The translations under genes and the position numbers were made by a program. Under the pieces are notes generated by a model, which did no database searches, was not told where the DNA came from, and saw only the letters and a program-made list of their open reading frames with translations. A stretch of 64,000 nt of DNA from Basidiobolus meristosporus CBS 931.73 (lineage: Eukaryota; Fungi; Basidiobolomycota): positions 18,387 through 82,386 of the forward strand of contig MCFE01000394.1 in the NCBI GenBank assembly GCA_002104905.1, written 5' to 3'. Below are positions 63,953 through 64,000 of this stretch, in pieces; the first letter of the stretch is position 1; every line of letters starts with the position of its first letter.

Positions 63953-64000
63953 TCAAGTGAAATGATGTTCATTGTGTCTATTTCCACTATAATATCCGAG
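63953..64000 (-). CDS. 3' end of the next A'/C-type gene; continues beyond the window
   Basis: Reads LGYYSGNRHNEHHFT*, homologous to the C tail IRYFSGNRYIE*; flank matches 53500-53600. Confidence 0.6.
   Translation of the reverse strand, partial: LGYYSGNRHNEHHFT

Overview
Eukaryotic DNA, probably from a fungus or a fungus-like microbial opisthokont; the species cannot be identified from this window. It has two sharply different domains. (1) About 1-48.8 kb is a transposon graveyard almost stripped of CpG. It holds nested Ty3/Gypsy and Ty1/Copia LTR retrotransposons and solo LTRs, two decayed PIF/Harbinger-like (PHIS, DDE_Tnp_4) DNA transposons, a family of ~735-bp foldback elements and a short MITE that share the AGACTT termini and A-N-T target duplications of those transposons, and an unclassified multi-copy element. 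(2) From about 48.8 kb CpG is at normal levels. A 96-bp dimeric minisatellite sits near the boundary. From ~52.4 kb to the window end is a tandem array of a repeated cassette carrying three related families of small, intronless, signal-peptide-bearing proteins (here A, B and C; 8 intact genes plus several pseudogenes). They combine strongly acidic blocks with Arg/Lys/Tyr-rich cationic blocks and share sequence modules. I recognise no homologue. This cassette array is the best candidate for an undescribed system. No rRNA, tRNA or CRISPR array was seen. All calls are by eye plus the supplied ORF track; no searches were run.
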